A stretch of 64,000 nt of DNA from Promethearchaeota archaeon. Its GTDB lineage: Archaea; Asgardarchaeota; Lokiarchaeia; Sigyniarchaeales; SOKP01. The first letter of the stretch is position 1. Each line of letters starts with the position of its first letter. The position numbers and the translations under genes were made by a program. The notes under the pieces were generated by a model that did no database searches, was not told the origin of the DNA, and saw nothing but the letters and a program-made list of their open reading frames with translations. Shown here piece after piece: positions 8,669 through 18,690 of this stretch. The DNA is taken from NCBI GenBank assembly GCA_011364925.1, contig RDOA01000007.1, positions 1 through 64,000 on the forward strand. Reading direction: 5' to 3'.

Positions 8669-10228
8669 TTAAAAATAGTGTTCCTTAAGGATTAAAATTT
8701 GATTGTACAAATCATTACTTTTCAAAATTTCATAAATATACACTTCATTTTCATAAACAAAAGGAAATGGCGCCTTAATTTCTAATGGCTTCTTTAAAAT
8801 GAATTCTAAACCATATTTGTTATTATCTTCTTTATAATTTATGTAATCTATATTCTGATAGTTTATTTTCATAAGTTTTTTAGGGAATTTTATCACAAGA
8901 TTTTGAGTAGTGAAAATGTATAATGTACTATTTATTACTTTTTTTCCCCAAACTACAAAAAAAAAAATTACACTAGCAATACACATAAAAATCGTTCCCA
9001 CAGATATACATATACCTAACAAAGTAAAAAATTCAATTGAATATAAATCACCTAAAGAATAAAGTATTATAGAACAAGGTATTAATAGAAGAGATAGTCC
9101 AATAAAAATATAGTAACCCAAAAGTTTGAATTTGGGTTTATAAAATATTAAAATCTCTTCATCTTTTTCAAGATGACTAATAACTAGTGCAAACTGAGGT
9201 AAAGTTTTATCTATTGGTTCAAAAAAGGTTGTTTGTAACTTTTTATTAACAAGACTTTCCTTCGAGTCTCTAATTGATGGTGTACTTTGAAATCGAATTT
9301 CTTTTTCAGTAGTGAGAAGATTATTTGCATTTTTCCATCTTAAATATGTTATAAAAATTCTTTCGATAATTTCAATGAATTGTGAAGAGGGACCGAATTC
9401 AAGTTCAGAGTGCAAAGATCCTGGAGAAATTTTTATTATTCCAAACTTATAAATACCCCAATCTCCTGAATGAAGACGAATAATTGATGATCTTATGGAC
9501 ATAAGGATATTCTGGTTAAATTCAATTTCTAATTGATTGGATCGAATCCTATTTTGATATAAAACTAAAGAATTTTCTCTGGATCTCAAAATCGTGGAAA
9601 GCGATAAAGAGGCAACCCCATATGTTAAAATTAGACCAATACCCAAGGCAAAAATTATTAACCACGTTATGCTAATCAGTGAAGGGAATGTTTGAAGTGA
9701 AGTTGCAAAGAGTATTACTCCGATAATAAAGATTGGAAATCCGATTAAAGCCCATCTTCGAAATACTCTATATTTTTTGTTTATCATGGTAAGATTATTA
9801 GAAGAAAGTTGAAACTCGTAGGGAAATTCTATATTCAATTCTCGACTTTCAAAACCTCCATAGTGCCATAAAATGGATTCCACCTTAGAAATGGTGCTTA
9901 AAGCATTTGACACATTCGGGATGATCAGCAAATTTTTGGGTATTCCAAAACTTTTATCAAGATAAATGATCAGATCGCCATCGTCCTTTTTTCTTATACT
10001 TTTCCTTTTTCGCTTTAACGAAATAGCTTTAATTAACGAATATTCAATTAAAACTAGATAGCCTTCTGGTTTACGATAAGCATATACTTTCTTGTCAGTC
10101 ATTACGATATTATAAATACTACGCTCTTTATATCCAATAGCCCTATAAAGAATTGTTTCGTTCTCTTTCAAATTGACAGCAATTTGCTCAGGAATCTCTT
10201 CATTTGTTTTGTTATTTCTATTAAACAT
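8669..10228 (-). CDS. Hypothetical membrane protein with repeated TM-pair and PH-like beta modules
   Basis: Two TM hairpins; repeated L-K-x-x-E-x-I-L segment (LKENETIL / LEKDEEIL) followed by IVMTDKKV / YIFTTQNL strands. Confidence 0.65.
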   Translation of the reverse strand: MFNRNNKTNEEIPEQIAVNLKENETILYRAIGYKERSIYNIVMTDKKVYAYRKPEGYLVLIEYSLIKAISLKRKRKSIRKKDDGDLIIYLDKSFGIPKNLLIIPNVSNALSTISKVESILWHYGGFESRELNIEFPYEFQLSSNNLTMINKKYRVFRRWALIGFPIFIIGVILFATSLQTFPSLISITWLIIFALGIGLILTYGVASLSLSTILRSRENSLVLYQNRIRSNQLEIEFNQNILMSIRSSIIRLHSGDWGIYKFGIIKISPGSLHSELEFGPSSQFIEIIERIFITYLRWKNANNLLTTEKEIRFQSTPSIRDSKESLVNKKLQTTFFEPIDKTLPQFALVISHLEKDEEILIFYKPKFKLLGYYIFIGLSLLLIPCSIILYSLGDLYSIEFFTLLGICISVGTIFMCIASVIFFFVVWGKKVINSTLYIFTTQNLVIKFPKKLMKINYQNIDYINYKEDNNKYGLEFILKKPLEIKAPFPFVYENEVYIYEILKSNDLYNQILILKEHYF

Positions 10229-10288
10229 AATATTATATCTTTCTCTTGAACTATTGTTATCTATGTTATTTATGACAATATTAATTTT

Positions 10289-10390
10289 TCAATCTAAAGA
10301 CGCGTTCTTTCCTCCAACGATACCAACATCGTGAGATCTAACATCATCAAAAAATTTAATGTAGCGAAACTTCGGTTTTTCTACTTCCAT
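10289..10390 (-). pseudogene. ppsA: Truncated second copy of the ppsA 5' end (33 codons)
   Basis: Translates MEVEKPKFRYIKFFDDVRSHDVGIVGGKNASLD*, against MEEEKPRFRYIKFFDDVRSHDVGIVGGKNASLG in the intact gene. Confidence 0.9.
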
Positions 10391-10499
10391 CTCAAAATCA
10401 CTGAAAATTAATTTTTATATTCCTTTTTTTTTAAGTTTTCGATGCTTAATAAAATTGTTAATTTGAAAAAAAAAGATAATTAAAATTTTGAATTTTGAT
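10294..10499. repeat. Imperfect direct repeat of ppsA 5' end plus upstream region (other copy ~8364..8619)
   Basis: Shared coding segment plus upstream blocks GCTTAATAAAATTGTTAATTT and AAAAGATAATTAAAATTTT..ATTTTGAT in both copies; ~50 bp indel between the blocks. Confidence 0.9.
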
Positions 10500-10547
10500 G
10501 TTCCGATAACTTTAACTCCTTAAAGTTGAAAGCAAATCTCTTCTCTA

Positions 10548-10862
10548 TTAGCCTTTTATTTGTTTTTTTAATTTCACCATTATTGGGAGCATTTTAACAA
10601 CTTCCATGGCAGGAGTGGATTTCATAAATCTAATAAAACCGGGTTTAGAGATTCTCCACATGTTGACATTCCTTGCAAGAGCTTCTTCGCTATCGGCTTC
10701 ATCTATGCCAATACCCCAGTAATCCGAGGTGCTCATATAAAAGGCAAGTTGTTTAACACCTTCACCAGGGAAGGCTTTTTTACTAATAAGCTCTTGAGCA
10801 ATTTCAGATAATTCTGCCGGATCAAAATCAGGATTTAACTCCCAGTATGAAATAAATATCAT
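10548..10862 (-). CDS. DUF3303-like small protein
   Basis: FISYWEL...PGEGVKQLAFY...GIGIDEADSEEAL...TPAM pattern. Confidence 0.65.
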   Translation of the reverse strand: MIFISYWELNPDFDPAELSEIAQELISKKAFPGEGVKQLAFYMSTSDYWGIGIDEADSEEALARNVNMWRISKPGFIRFMKSTPAMEVVKMLPIMVKLKKQIKG

Positions 10863-11191
10863 TTTCTTCTTCCACCTTTATGATTTAATTCATTAAAAAT
10901 TTTTTTTGGGTTAGATTTCGATACGAAGTATAAATTAATGACAAAACATTTAAATTTTACAAAAATGGTAAAAGAAAAAACCTTAATGCTTCCTTTAACT
11001 TAGGATTCACTTTATTTATTGTAAAAAAAGTCAGAAAAAAATAGCTAAAAGAGTTATTCTTATGAGATGTGAATAAAAAAAAGAGAAAAATGAAAATTAA
11101 GTGATTAAAAAATGGAGTTACAAAAATAATCAATTTCGATTTTTTAAATGTTGATTTATGCAAATTTGTACTTTATAAGTGGACAAATAAA

Positions 11192-11710
11192 TCAGTATAA
11201 ATCATTGTTAAAAACTTCGTAATCTGGACTTGAATACAAGCAAAAAATGACTTCCTCAATTTGAGTATCCCCAGAAAGATATTCTTTCACGGTAGAAATC
11301 ATTACTTTAGAGCATCTTTCGATAGGATATCCAAAAATCCCGGTTGATATTGCTGGGAACGCGATGGTCTTTAACCCATTCTGATCCATCAATTTAAGAC
11401 TATTAATAACAGCGTTACGCAATTTTGTATCTTCTTTTCCTTCTCCCATACGGGGTCCAACTGCATGTATTACACGCTTTGCTTTTAAATTTCCTCCCGT
11501 AGTAATAACCGCACCACCTACGAATGTGCCTCCTACCTTATTACATTCTTCTTGAATGTCAGGACCACCTTTTCGCCGGATTGCCCCAGCTACTCCTCCA
11601 CCTAAAATTAGTTGAGCGTTCGCTGCGTTGACGATAGCATCCGTTTCTAATTCAGTAATGTCTCCTTTAGTTAACTTGATTTTTGCGTTTCCTACAGTAA
11701 TTTCTTTCAT
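11192..11710 (-). CDS. Macro domain protein (ADP-ribose binding / O-acetyl-ADP-ribose deacetylase)
   Basis: GDIT, DAIVNAAN, GGGVAGAI, VIHAVGP and AFPAISTGIFGYP. Confidence 0.95.
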   Translation of the reverse strand: MKEITVGNAKIKLTKGDITELETDAIVNAANAQLILGGGVAGAIRRKGGPDIQEECNKVGGTFVGGAVITTGGNLKAKRVIHAVGPRMGEGKEDTKLRNAVINSLKLMDQNGLKTIAFPAISTGIFGYPIERCSKVMISTVKEYLSGDTQIEEVIFCLYSSPDYEVFNNDLY

Positions 11711-11758
11711 TAAAGGTTAAACTCGTAAATTATAATTTTAAAAAATATAGGAATTAAA

Positions 11759-12502
11759 TTATTCTGCTTGTGGTTCCTGCCCCTTTCTTAAGATTTCATC
11801 AAGCTTCGATCGATCTTCATCACTCATCTTGCTCATCGCTTCCATATTTTGCCTCATTAAATCCATCATGACTTTCTGTGAAACCAATTGAGTCAAAACC
11901 GGTAAGGCGATTCTCATCCGAGTGAGTTCGTAAAACATTTGCTTGGCAGTATCTCTCATATCTTTTAAATCTTCTTTAGACATCCCTTCTTCGCCTATCC
12001 CTGGACATTCGACATCAACCACGGTAAAGTTTTTACCATCAAATTCTAAGGGATAAGTGCGACAGCTTAAAGGACGATTATCGTATACTAGACATTCACT
12101 TTTCTCTTTATTGTAGAGTGGGCATTTTACTTCTAACAATTCTTCAATTGGGACCGTTCCAAAAGGATCTCTGGGTTTTTCTTCCTCGCCTTCTTTCTGA
12201 GGAGGAGCTAAAGGTTTCAGAACTAAGTCAATGCCACCATCTGGTTTGTTATATATATCTAAATAAGGCATGAAATTAGCAACAACGCCGTTTCTTGCCC
12301 ATAGTTCTAAATCCCAGAATGTAATTGGAATCGGACCTCGCGTAAGGCAACATTTATCAGAACGGGTACATTTAAACGTAAATTTAGCTTTAGGTTCTTC
12401 AGATTCAGCTTTCGCTTCAGTTTCTTCTTTTGGTTGTTCTTCTTCCTCTTTAATTTCATCTTTTATTTCAGATTCTTCTTCATTTTTATTATTTTCAGTC
12501 AT
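11759..12502 (-). CDS. YkgJ-family cysteine-cluster protein with acidic N-terminus
   Basis: FKCTRSDKCC, CPLY, CLVYDNRPLSCRTYP and CPGIG. Confidence 0.85.
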   Translation of the reverse strand: MTENNKNEEESEIKDEIKEEEEQPKEETEAKAESEEPKAKFTFKCTRSDKCCLTRGPIPITFWDLELWARNGVVANFMPYLDIYNKPDGGIDLVLKPLAPPQKEGEEEKPRDPFGTVPIEELLEVKCPLYNKEKSECLVYDNRPLSCRTYPLEFDGKNFTVVDVECPGIGEEGMSKEDLKDMRDTAKQMFYELTRMRIALPVLTQLVSQKVMMDLMRQNMEAMSKMSDEDRSKLDEILRKGQEPQAE

Positions 12503-12727
12503 TTTGATCCAGATTTAGTATTTTGTTTTACTAATTTAATTATTGTTTTTCAAGTTGGGTAATACAACTTTGAAAAAAAATTTTGTTTTTTTAATTGATA
12601 AATTTTTAGAATAATCTTTAACCTTTAGGGGAAGTCGCTTTATTCGATTCTTTAATACTAATATATGAAAGGTTCATTATCCTACTAAATTTACAATTTG
12701 ATTTTGAATATTTTATAGATTATTTGA

Positions 12728-13975
12728 GTGAATGTTAGAATGCCCGGACCAGGAATGGATATTATTGGTAAAGAAGAAAAAGAAGCTCTCTTAGATGTTA
12801 TCGAATCTGGATATATCTATCGGTATGGAGATTTCCAAAATCCTAATTTTAAAGCAAAAGTTTGGACACTAGAACAAGATTTTGCTAAATATACAAATTC
12901 GAGTTATGCTTTAGCAGTAAGTTCTGGAACAGCTGCTTTATTAACGGCCCTATGGGCGTTGAAAATAGGGCCAGGAGACGAGGTAATAGTTCCAGGCTAT
13001 ACTTTTATCGCTAGCATTACCTCAATTATTTTTTCAAGGGCGATACCAATTTTAGCTGAAGTAGATGAAACTTTGACCTTGGATCCAGCAGATGTGAGGA
13101 AAAAAGTTACCCCTCGTACTAAGGCTATAATGCTTGTTCACATGCTAGGAAATCCCGGGCATTTAGACGAGATCGTTAAAATTGCTGAAGAGAACGAACT
13201 TATTTTGATCGAGGATTGTGCCCAAGCTTGTGGCGCTTCTTATCATGGGAAGTCAGTAGGAACTTTCGGTCGAATGGGGACTTTCAGCTTAAACATCTAT
13301 AAAACGATCACGGGGGGAGATGGAGGCATGGTAATCACAAACGATGAGGATTTGTATAAGCGAGCGTTTGCGGTGCACGATCAAGGCCACCTTCCTTTGC
13401 GACAAGGAGTAGAACAAGGTAATAGAACCGTATTAGGAATTAATTTTCGAATGAACGAGTTTACAGCAGCTGTGGCGGGTGCTCAACTAAAAAAGTTAGA
13501 CTATATCAAAAATAAGCTGAAGGAAAATAAAAAGTATTTGAAATCAATACTTTCAACAGTAAAAGAGATTAAATTTCGGAAAATTTTAGACGAGGACGGT
13601 GATATTGGGACTTTATTAACGTTTTTTATGCCAAATAGAGAAGGCGCTGAAACGTTAGCAGAAAAATTAGGATGTACCACAATTTCTAAGTCTGGATGGC
13701 ATTATTATAATAACATGGAACACTTTCTAAATCAAAGCACAGTAACAGACGAGGGATGTCCTTTCAGTTGTCCTTATTACAAAGGAGGTCCTGTCAAATA
13801 CAGTAAAGGGATGCTACCACAATCTGACGATCTTTTGAATAGAGCTATTAACATTGGTGTCGGTGTGTCTGATGTAGGTCTTGGTTCTAACTATGGTATC
13901 ACGATTAATAGTTCGAAAGAAGAAATCGAAGTAAGAGGTCGTAAAATCGTAGAGTTGATTAGATCGAGTCTTTAA
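12728..13975 (+). CDS. DegT/DnrJ/EryC1/StrS PLP-dependent sugar aminotransferase
   Basis: SSGTAAL, IGPGDEVIVPGYTF, IEDCAQA, SLNIYKTITGGDGG and NFRMNE. Confidence 0.92.
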   Translation: MNVRMPGPGMDIIGKEEKEALLDVIESGYIYRYGDFQNPNFKAKVWTLEQDFAKYTNSSYALAVSSGTAALLTALWALKIGPGDEVIVPGYTFIASITSIIFSRAIPILAEVDETLTLDPADVRKKVTPRTKAIMLVHMLGNPGHLDEIVKIAEENELILIEDCAQACGASYHGKSVGTFGRMGTFSLNIYKTITGGDGGMVITNDEDLYKRAFAVHDQGHLPLRQGVEQGNRTVLGINFRMNEFTAAVAGAQLKKLDYIKNKLKENKKYLKSILSTVKEIKFRKILDEDGDIGTLLTFFMPNREGAETLAEKLGCTTISKSGWHYYNNMEHFLNQSTVTDEGCPFSCPYYKGGPVKYSKGMLPQSDDLLNRAINIGVGVSDVGLGSNYGITINSSKEEIEVRGRKIVELIRSSL

Positions 13976-14130
13976 TTAGCATATTGCCTAATCAAATTGG
14001 AAACATTTTAAAAATAAGAGCGAAAGGAATTTAACAAATAATCTTAAATATTATTAACATTTAACAATAGCATCTAGCCATTTAGCAATTAATCATTAAA
14101 CTGTCTTGTTTACGCAAGAATCTGGTTAAC

Positions 14131-15207
14131 ATGAAATTAAATTTCTTTCATAAATATTCAGTCTGGGTCGAATTATCTGTAGTCTTAATCTTAGGATTTA
14201 TCTTTAGTATTTATATAGCTATTTTTTCTCTTGAGTTGACAAGTATTTTGTTTTTAGTTTTAACGATCTTGTTATTTGTTGCTCAAGCATTTATATTACT
14301 GGGTTTTTCGAAAGGAAAACTTGAGAAAAAGAAGAAATTTGGACTTATCCTTTATCACTCGTTAAATCTGCTGTTCATTGATGTTATAGGTTATTCAATT
14401 CCCTTAATGGAATCAAATTATAACTTTAATGCTGGAGTCGTCATGGTTCCGTTAATTTTAATTTTAGGTTTAATTATAACAGACAAATATGATAAGGACA
14501 TCAAAAATATCCATTATGTGAGTAAACCGGACGAAGATAAGGAAAGAAATAAGCCAGTTATTGAATTTAATGAAAAAAAGTACATTTTCTCCACTAATTC
14601 GTTAATTATATTAGCCATCGGTACTCCTCTACTTGCCATTGGAATATATTTCTTTTTTGATAATAAAGCTCAATATTGGTTACACGAAATCGTGGTAAAA
14701 CAAACAGTTTACTTTCTCAATCTCTTGTTCAATATGGATGTTTCAGCAAGTTATTTTCCCGTAGGAAAATATTATTGGAGTTTCAAGTTTCTGAGTGGTA
14801 ATATTAATGGTGATCCATTAGGAAGCATTTATTTTGAGACTTTCTGTACTGGGATTCAAGCTATCTGTGTTTTCGCCGGTATTATAATATGCACTCCTCA
14901 TTCTCAGGACAAAAACACAAATAGAGATATTATTTGGAGAAAAGCAAAAGCTTTAGTCGTTTCATCGTTTATCTTTTATGTAGTAAACATCATTCGGATG
15001 ATAATTCAAATCGAATTATATTATCTCGGTTACCCTTGGGAAAGTATCCACGTTTCTATTAGCGCTGCAAGCTCGTTTATTGCAGCCATAATTATTTTAC
15101 TGCTTCATAAGTGGATTCCTGAGTTCATAATTAGCATCATTTACATCGGCACATTAATTAATAGAAAATTTAAAAAACTAAAGAATCCAAAAAAAGGTTT
15201 AATTTAA
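14131..15207 (+). CDS. Exosortase/archaeosortase-family transpeptidase with an extra N-terminal membrane domain
   Basis: Catalytic triad pattern: ETFCTG (Cys), VVNIIRM (Arg), WESIH (His), in a multi-TM protein. Confidence 0.82.
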   Translation: MKLNFFHKYSVWVELSVVLILGFIFSIYIAIFSLELTSILFLVLTILLFVAQAFILLGFSKGKLEKKKKFGLILYHSLNLLFIDVIGYSIPLMESNYNFNAGVVMVPLILILGLIITDKYDKDIKNIHYVSKPDEDKERNKPVIEFNEKKYIFSTNSLIILAIGTPLLAIGIYFFFDNKAQYWLHEIVVKQTVYFLNLLFNMDVSASYFPVGKYYWSFKFLSGNINGDPLGSIYFETFCTGIQAICVFAGIIICTPHSQDKNTNRDIIWRKAKALVVSSFIFYVVNIIRMIIQIELYYLGYPWESIHVSISAASSFIAAIIILLLHKWIPEFIISIIYIGTLINRKFKKLKNPKKGLI

Positions 15208-15232
15208 AGAAATTTGAGTTCTTATAATCGAA

Positions 15233-16024
15233 TTATTGTTCATGTCTTAATCTAACTAATTTCTTATCTACAAATTCTTTAAATCTTTTCTCTCTCTTAA
15301 GATCGATCTCATCAAACTCAATCCCAAAACCGGGTTTTATTATTTTATGAAGGATGAAAGGTATTGCTACGATTGATAAGAGATACAATCCCAAGATTGT
15401 GTAGAAGATTAAGTTGTAATTAGCATAATCTAAATTGCCATATGGAATAATGTAATCAATATAATAATTAACCGTCTTATTAAGGACAACAGAACCCATC
15501 TGAAAGAGATAGGTAACTAGACCTGTTGAATTACATACACCGTCTTTTCCAAGGCTAATACCTGTTGTGAATTTTAAAGATTCACGAGGCGGATTATAAT
15601 ATCCTGCATCGTGTTCCATTGCTTGTTTGTTTTGATAGTGTATTAGAATTCTGTAAACGAATCCTATCGGTACTACATTCTCACTTGTTATCATGGAAAC
15701 GGTGGTAGTTACATAATATCCATACGTTACATCCCTTTGACCACTAACTATATCTACATCAGAGAATTCTGTCAGTTGAAGGTTAAGTCGTACATCAATA
15801 CCTACAGTTTCATTTCCATAAGCATTAGTTAATATTTTTTCGTTATGGTATGTACCTATCCCGAATGCCGACATAGCACCAGAAATGTTATACCAAAATG
15901 GAATGTAGGGAAGTAACATTAAAACTGCGAAGAGTGTGGTTACAATGTAAATTCGATTTCGAGTCTTAATCTTTTTATTCAATCTTCTAATAATTTCTTT
16001 TGAACTCTCAGTCAAATTTATCAT
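15233..16024 (-). CDS. Hypothetical membrane protein (two TM helices around a beta-rich extracellular domain)
   Basis: Hydrophobic segments near residues 25-50 and 205-228; several N-x-S/T sequons. Confidence 0.7.
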   Translation of the reverse strand: MINLTESSKEIIRRLNKKIKTRNRIYIVTTLFAVLMLLPYIPFWYNISGAMSAFGIGTYHNEKILTNAYGNETVGIDVRLNLQLTEFSDVDIVSGQRDVTYGYYVTTTVSMITSENVVPIGFVYRILIHYQNKQAMEHDAGYYNPPRESLKFTTGISLGKDGVCNSTGLVTYLFQMGSVVLNKTVNYYIDYIIPYGNLDYANYNLIFYTILGLYLLSIVAIPFILHKIIKPGFGIEFDEIDLKREKRFKEFVDKKLVRLRHEQ

Positions 16025-16195
16025 ACGCTTATCTTTATTAATAAGAAATATTTATAGTAAACTTTTAAACTTAATTTTTATGAAAAAAGTTGCTTTAAAA
16101 TAATCACGAATTTTTTATAACTCAAATAATTAGAGCTAAATATGTGATGTGCTTAAGCAAATATATTAATACTTCAAATTTTCTAAAGGATTATT

Positions 16196-17098
16196 ATGCT
16201 AAATTTTGAACAAGAACAAAAAGTATTAGAAATTGGATCGGTACGAATTGGAGGGCAGCCAGGAGAAAACCCAGTTGTTATGATTGCTACCGTTTTCTAT
16301 ACAAATCACGCTGCCTTATTAGACGAAAAAAAAGGGGAAATTGATCGAGATCTTGTTGAACAAGAATTAAACGAATATTCAGAAATCATAGAGGAAACTG
16401 GAATGCAAGGGATAGTTGATATAGTAGGAGGTTATCCAGAAGCTTTACTGAAAGAATGTGAATTTGTTGCTGATGTTATCGAATATCCGTTTTTAGTAGA
16501 TGGCTTAAACGACTCTTCGCGCATTCCAGCTATGGAAGGGTTAAAAGAAGTGGGACTCTTAGATCGAGCTATTTTAAACAGTATAGATGAATCTACAACA
16601 GAGGAGAGCTTAATCAAATTAAAGGAAATTGGAGTAAAATCCACGGTTTTATTAACTTTTGGAAATAAATATATATTTCCTCAACAGAAAATCGATTTCC
16701 TAAAGAATGTATTAATTCCTAAAGCGCAAAAAGCCAATATTGAAAATATTATTGTTGACACTGCCGTGTTAGATTTACCTTCTATCGGAATCAATGCCGA
16801 AACAGCAAGGAGAGTAAAAGCAGAGTTAGGGATCCCCGTAGGATTTGCTCCTGCTAATGCTATTTATGGTTGGAATTTTGTTAAAAAGTATGGAGATAAA
16901 GCTAGATGTGGTGGAATTGCTTCCTTAATGGCTTATTGTGTCAATGCTGGAAGTGATTTTGTGCTTTTTGGACCTATTAAATTTTCAAAATGCGTTATAC
17001 CAGCTATCTCTCTTATCTCAGGCATAAATTCATACTATCGAAGGCGAATTTTACGAAAACCTATTTCCGATCGAACCCCATTGAAGCAGATCTTTTAA
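16196..17098 (+). CDS. mtrH: MtrH-family pterin-binding methyltransferase (MtrH/MtgA-like)
   Basis: FEQEQKVLEIGSVRIGGQPGENPVVMIATVFY, AILNSI, IVDTAV, PVGFAPAN and DFVLFGPI. Confidence 0.85.
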   Translation: MLNFEQEQKVLEIGSVRIGGQPGENPVVMIATVFYTNHAALLDEKKGEIDRDLVEQELNEYSEIIEETGMQGIVDIVGGYPEALLKECEFVADVIEYPFLVDGLNDSSRIPAMEGLKEVGLLDRAILNSIDESTTEESLIKLKEIGVKSTVLLTFGNKYIFPQQKIDFLKNVLIPKAQKANIENIIVDTAVLDLPSIGINAETARRVKAELGIPVGFAPANAIYGWNFVKKYGDKARCGGIASLMAYCVNAGSDFVLFGPIKFSKCVIPAISLISGINSYYRRRILRKPISDRTPLKQIF

Positions 17099-18606
17099 GA
17101 TATGTATCTAATTAACAAATCTTGTGTTCGATCCAAGAATTCTTTTACATGTTGATTAATGCTTTCTTTTTTGCTTTCATCGTCTAACAAAAAAAGGATG
17201 TACATATCGTAATTTAACACAAGTATTTTCTTGAATAAAATAATTGAATCTGAAACTCTAAATGTCGCTTCATCTTTCTCGGTAGCCTTAAAGTTAGAAA
17301 ATATTTTAAATAACATTGTAAACTGTGGAGCAACTACTTCAAAAACATTCAATAATTCTTCAGAATTTTGCATTTCAGTAATTTGCAGTGCTTTAGAATT
17401 AAACGATTCTGCTAGCACTAATCCATCACTGCTTAGGAGTAGGATTAGAGAAGCGTCTGTGGCTAATGAAAATTCTCCAAGGTTATGTTCAACTAAATCT
17501 CTATTTGGACTAAGTTTTGCAATACCAGAAGAAAAGGCTCGCAAAATTGAAAAGATTTGAAAGAGGCTTGTGATAAAAATCTCAGGAGCTCTTTCTGGGG
17601 TCAATTTAATTAATTCACTTGTTATGTTTTTAATGTTCGCTTTGATTTCTTCTGATTCGAGTATGTCAGAATCCCCCTTCGATAATATGTAAATTATTGG
17701 TGTGTTTTGTTCCAAATCTGCTAATGCAAGTTTCATTTTTTTTAGATACTCTATGCTCTCTTCAAAACGTTTTTTATCGCGGATGTCAATAAAATAGAAA
17801 AGCAGGTCTGCTTCGAATAGGTAAATTTGAGCTTTATTAAGATATCGTTCGTGATATATTTTTTGTCCACCTAAGTCCCAAATAAATATGGTTGCTCCCA
17901 GTGCCTCTATTGAACTTACATCTGCTCCTCTTGTTGGGCTTAACCCTATCAATTTTGAAAATTTTCTGTCAATAGAAAGTAAAAAACTTGTTTTTCCGCT
18001 ATTATCTAATCCTGCAAATAAGATTTTCATTTTTCTCTGAGATGAAATCGGTGTGGAAGGCGTCTTTTCAATGGTTATAATTTTTTTCACTAGATTTCTA
18101 AAATCTGATTCTACTTTTTTTTGTTGTGGAATCTGTTTAGTCAGTTTTTTATCAAAATTAGAGAAGAAATCAATAATGATGTTTTTGAGTCGATTAATAT
18201 TATTGTAAAGAAAACTCCTTTTTTTCTCGTCAATTAATATACAAAAGGCACTTGCTGCGGGAATCTCTGTCGTTTCAGTTTCGAAGAAGTGGAAAAATGT
18301 GAGAGAAGTTAGTTTAAGATCGGGAAAGGGTATAATCCCAAAGTATTGGTAATTTTTTAATACTTCGACCTCTTTATTGTAAACAGCCCCATCTCCTATT
18401 AAGAGAGAAATGTTTTTTATTGCGATTTGAGTATAATCCCTTAGGGAAATTGCAAGAAGATCTCTCTCTTTTTCCTCTTGACTCATGCTTTCTAACTCTT
18501 CGACCTCAAATGGTTGAGGAAACATATAAACTGGTTGAGGTCCCAGTTTATCGAAGGCGGAAAAGACCATTCCTTTAATGATTGACGATTCGATTAGCTT
18601 GTCCAT
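17095..18606 (-). CDS. uDENN/longin + Arf/Rag-like GTPase + roadblock-like domain protein
   Basis: N-term FSAFDKLGPQP; GLDNSGKT, PTRG, WDLGGQ, SKGD, TSLF; C-term LILLLSSDGLVLA; paralog of 24190..25602. Confidence 0.85.
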   Translation of the reverse strand: MDKLIESSIIKGMVFSAFDKLGPQPVYMFPQPFEVEELESMSQEEKERDLLAISLRDYTQIAIKNISLLIGDGAVYNKEVEVLKNYQYFGIIPFPDLKLTSLTFFHFFETETTEIPAASAFCILIDEKKRSFLYNNINRLKNIIIDFFSNFDKKLTKQIPQQKKVESDFRNLVKKIITIEKTPSTPISSQRKMKILFAGLDNSGKTSFLLSIDRKFSKLIGLSPTRGADVSSIEALGATIFIWDLGGQKIYHERYLNKAQIYLFEADLLFYFIDIRDKKRFEESIEYLKKMKLALADLEQNTPIIYILSKGDSDILESEEIKANIKNITSELIKLTPERAPEIFITSLFQIFSILRAFSSGIAKLSPNRDLVEHNLGEFSLATDASLILLLSSDGLVLAESFNSKALQITEMQNSEELLNVFEVVAPQFTMLFKIFSNFKATEKDEATFRVSDSIILFKKILVLNYDMYILFLLDDESKKESINQHVKEFLDRTQDLLIRYIS

Positions 18607-18690
18607 TCGTTGGAGTTTCTTGTTTATAATTGCTAATAATAAAAGGTAGTAAATTTAATTATATATAGCTAGCTTTATTCTAGAACAACA

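Noticed and set aside
10957-11163. 68-aa Phe-rich ORF
   Set aside because: Product of A-rich intergenic sequence; TTG start with no motif
12340-12375. CTRSDKCC in the YkgJ protein as a possible recoded (Sec) site
   Set aside because: The codon is TCT (Ser), not TGA; I found no in-frame TGA readthrough candidate in the window
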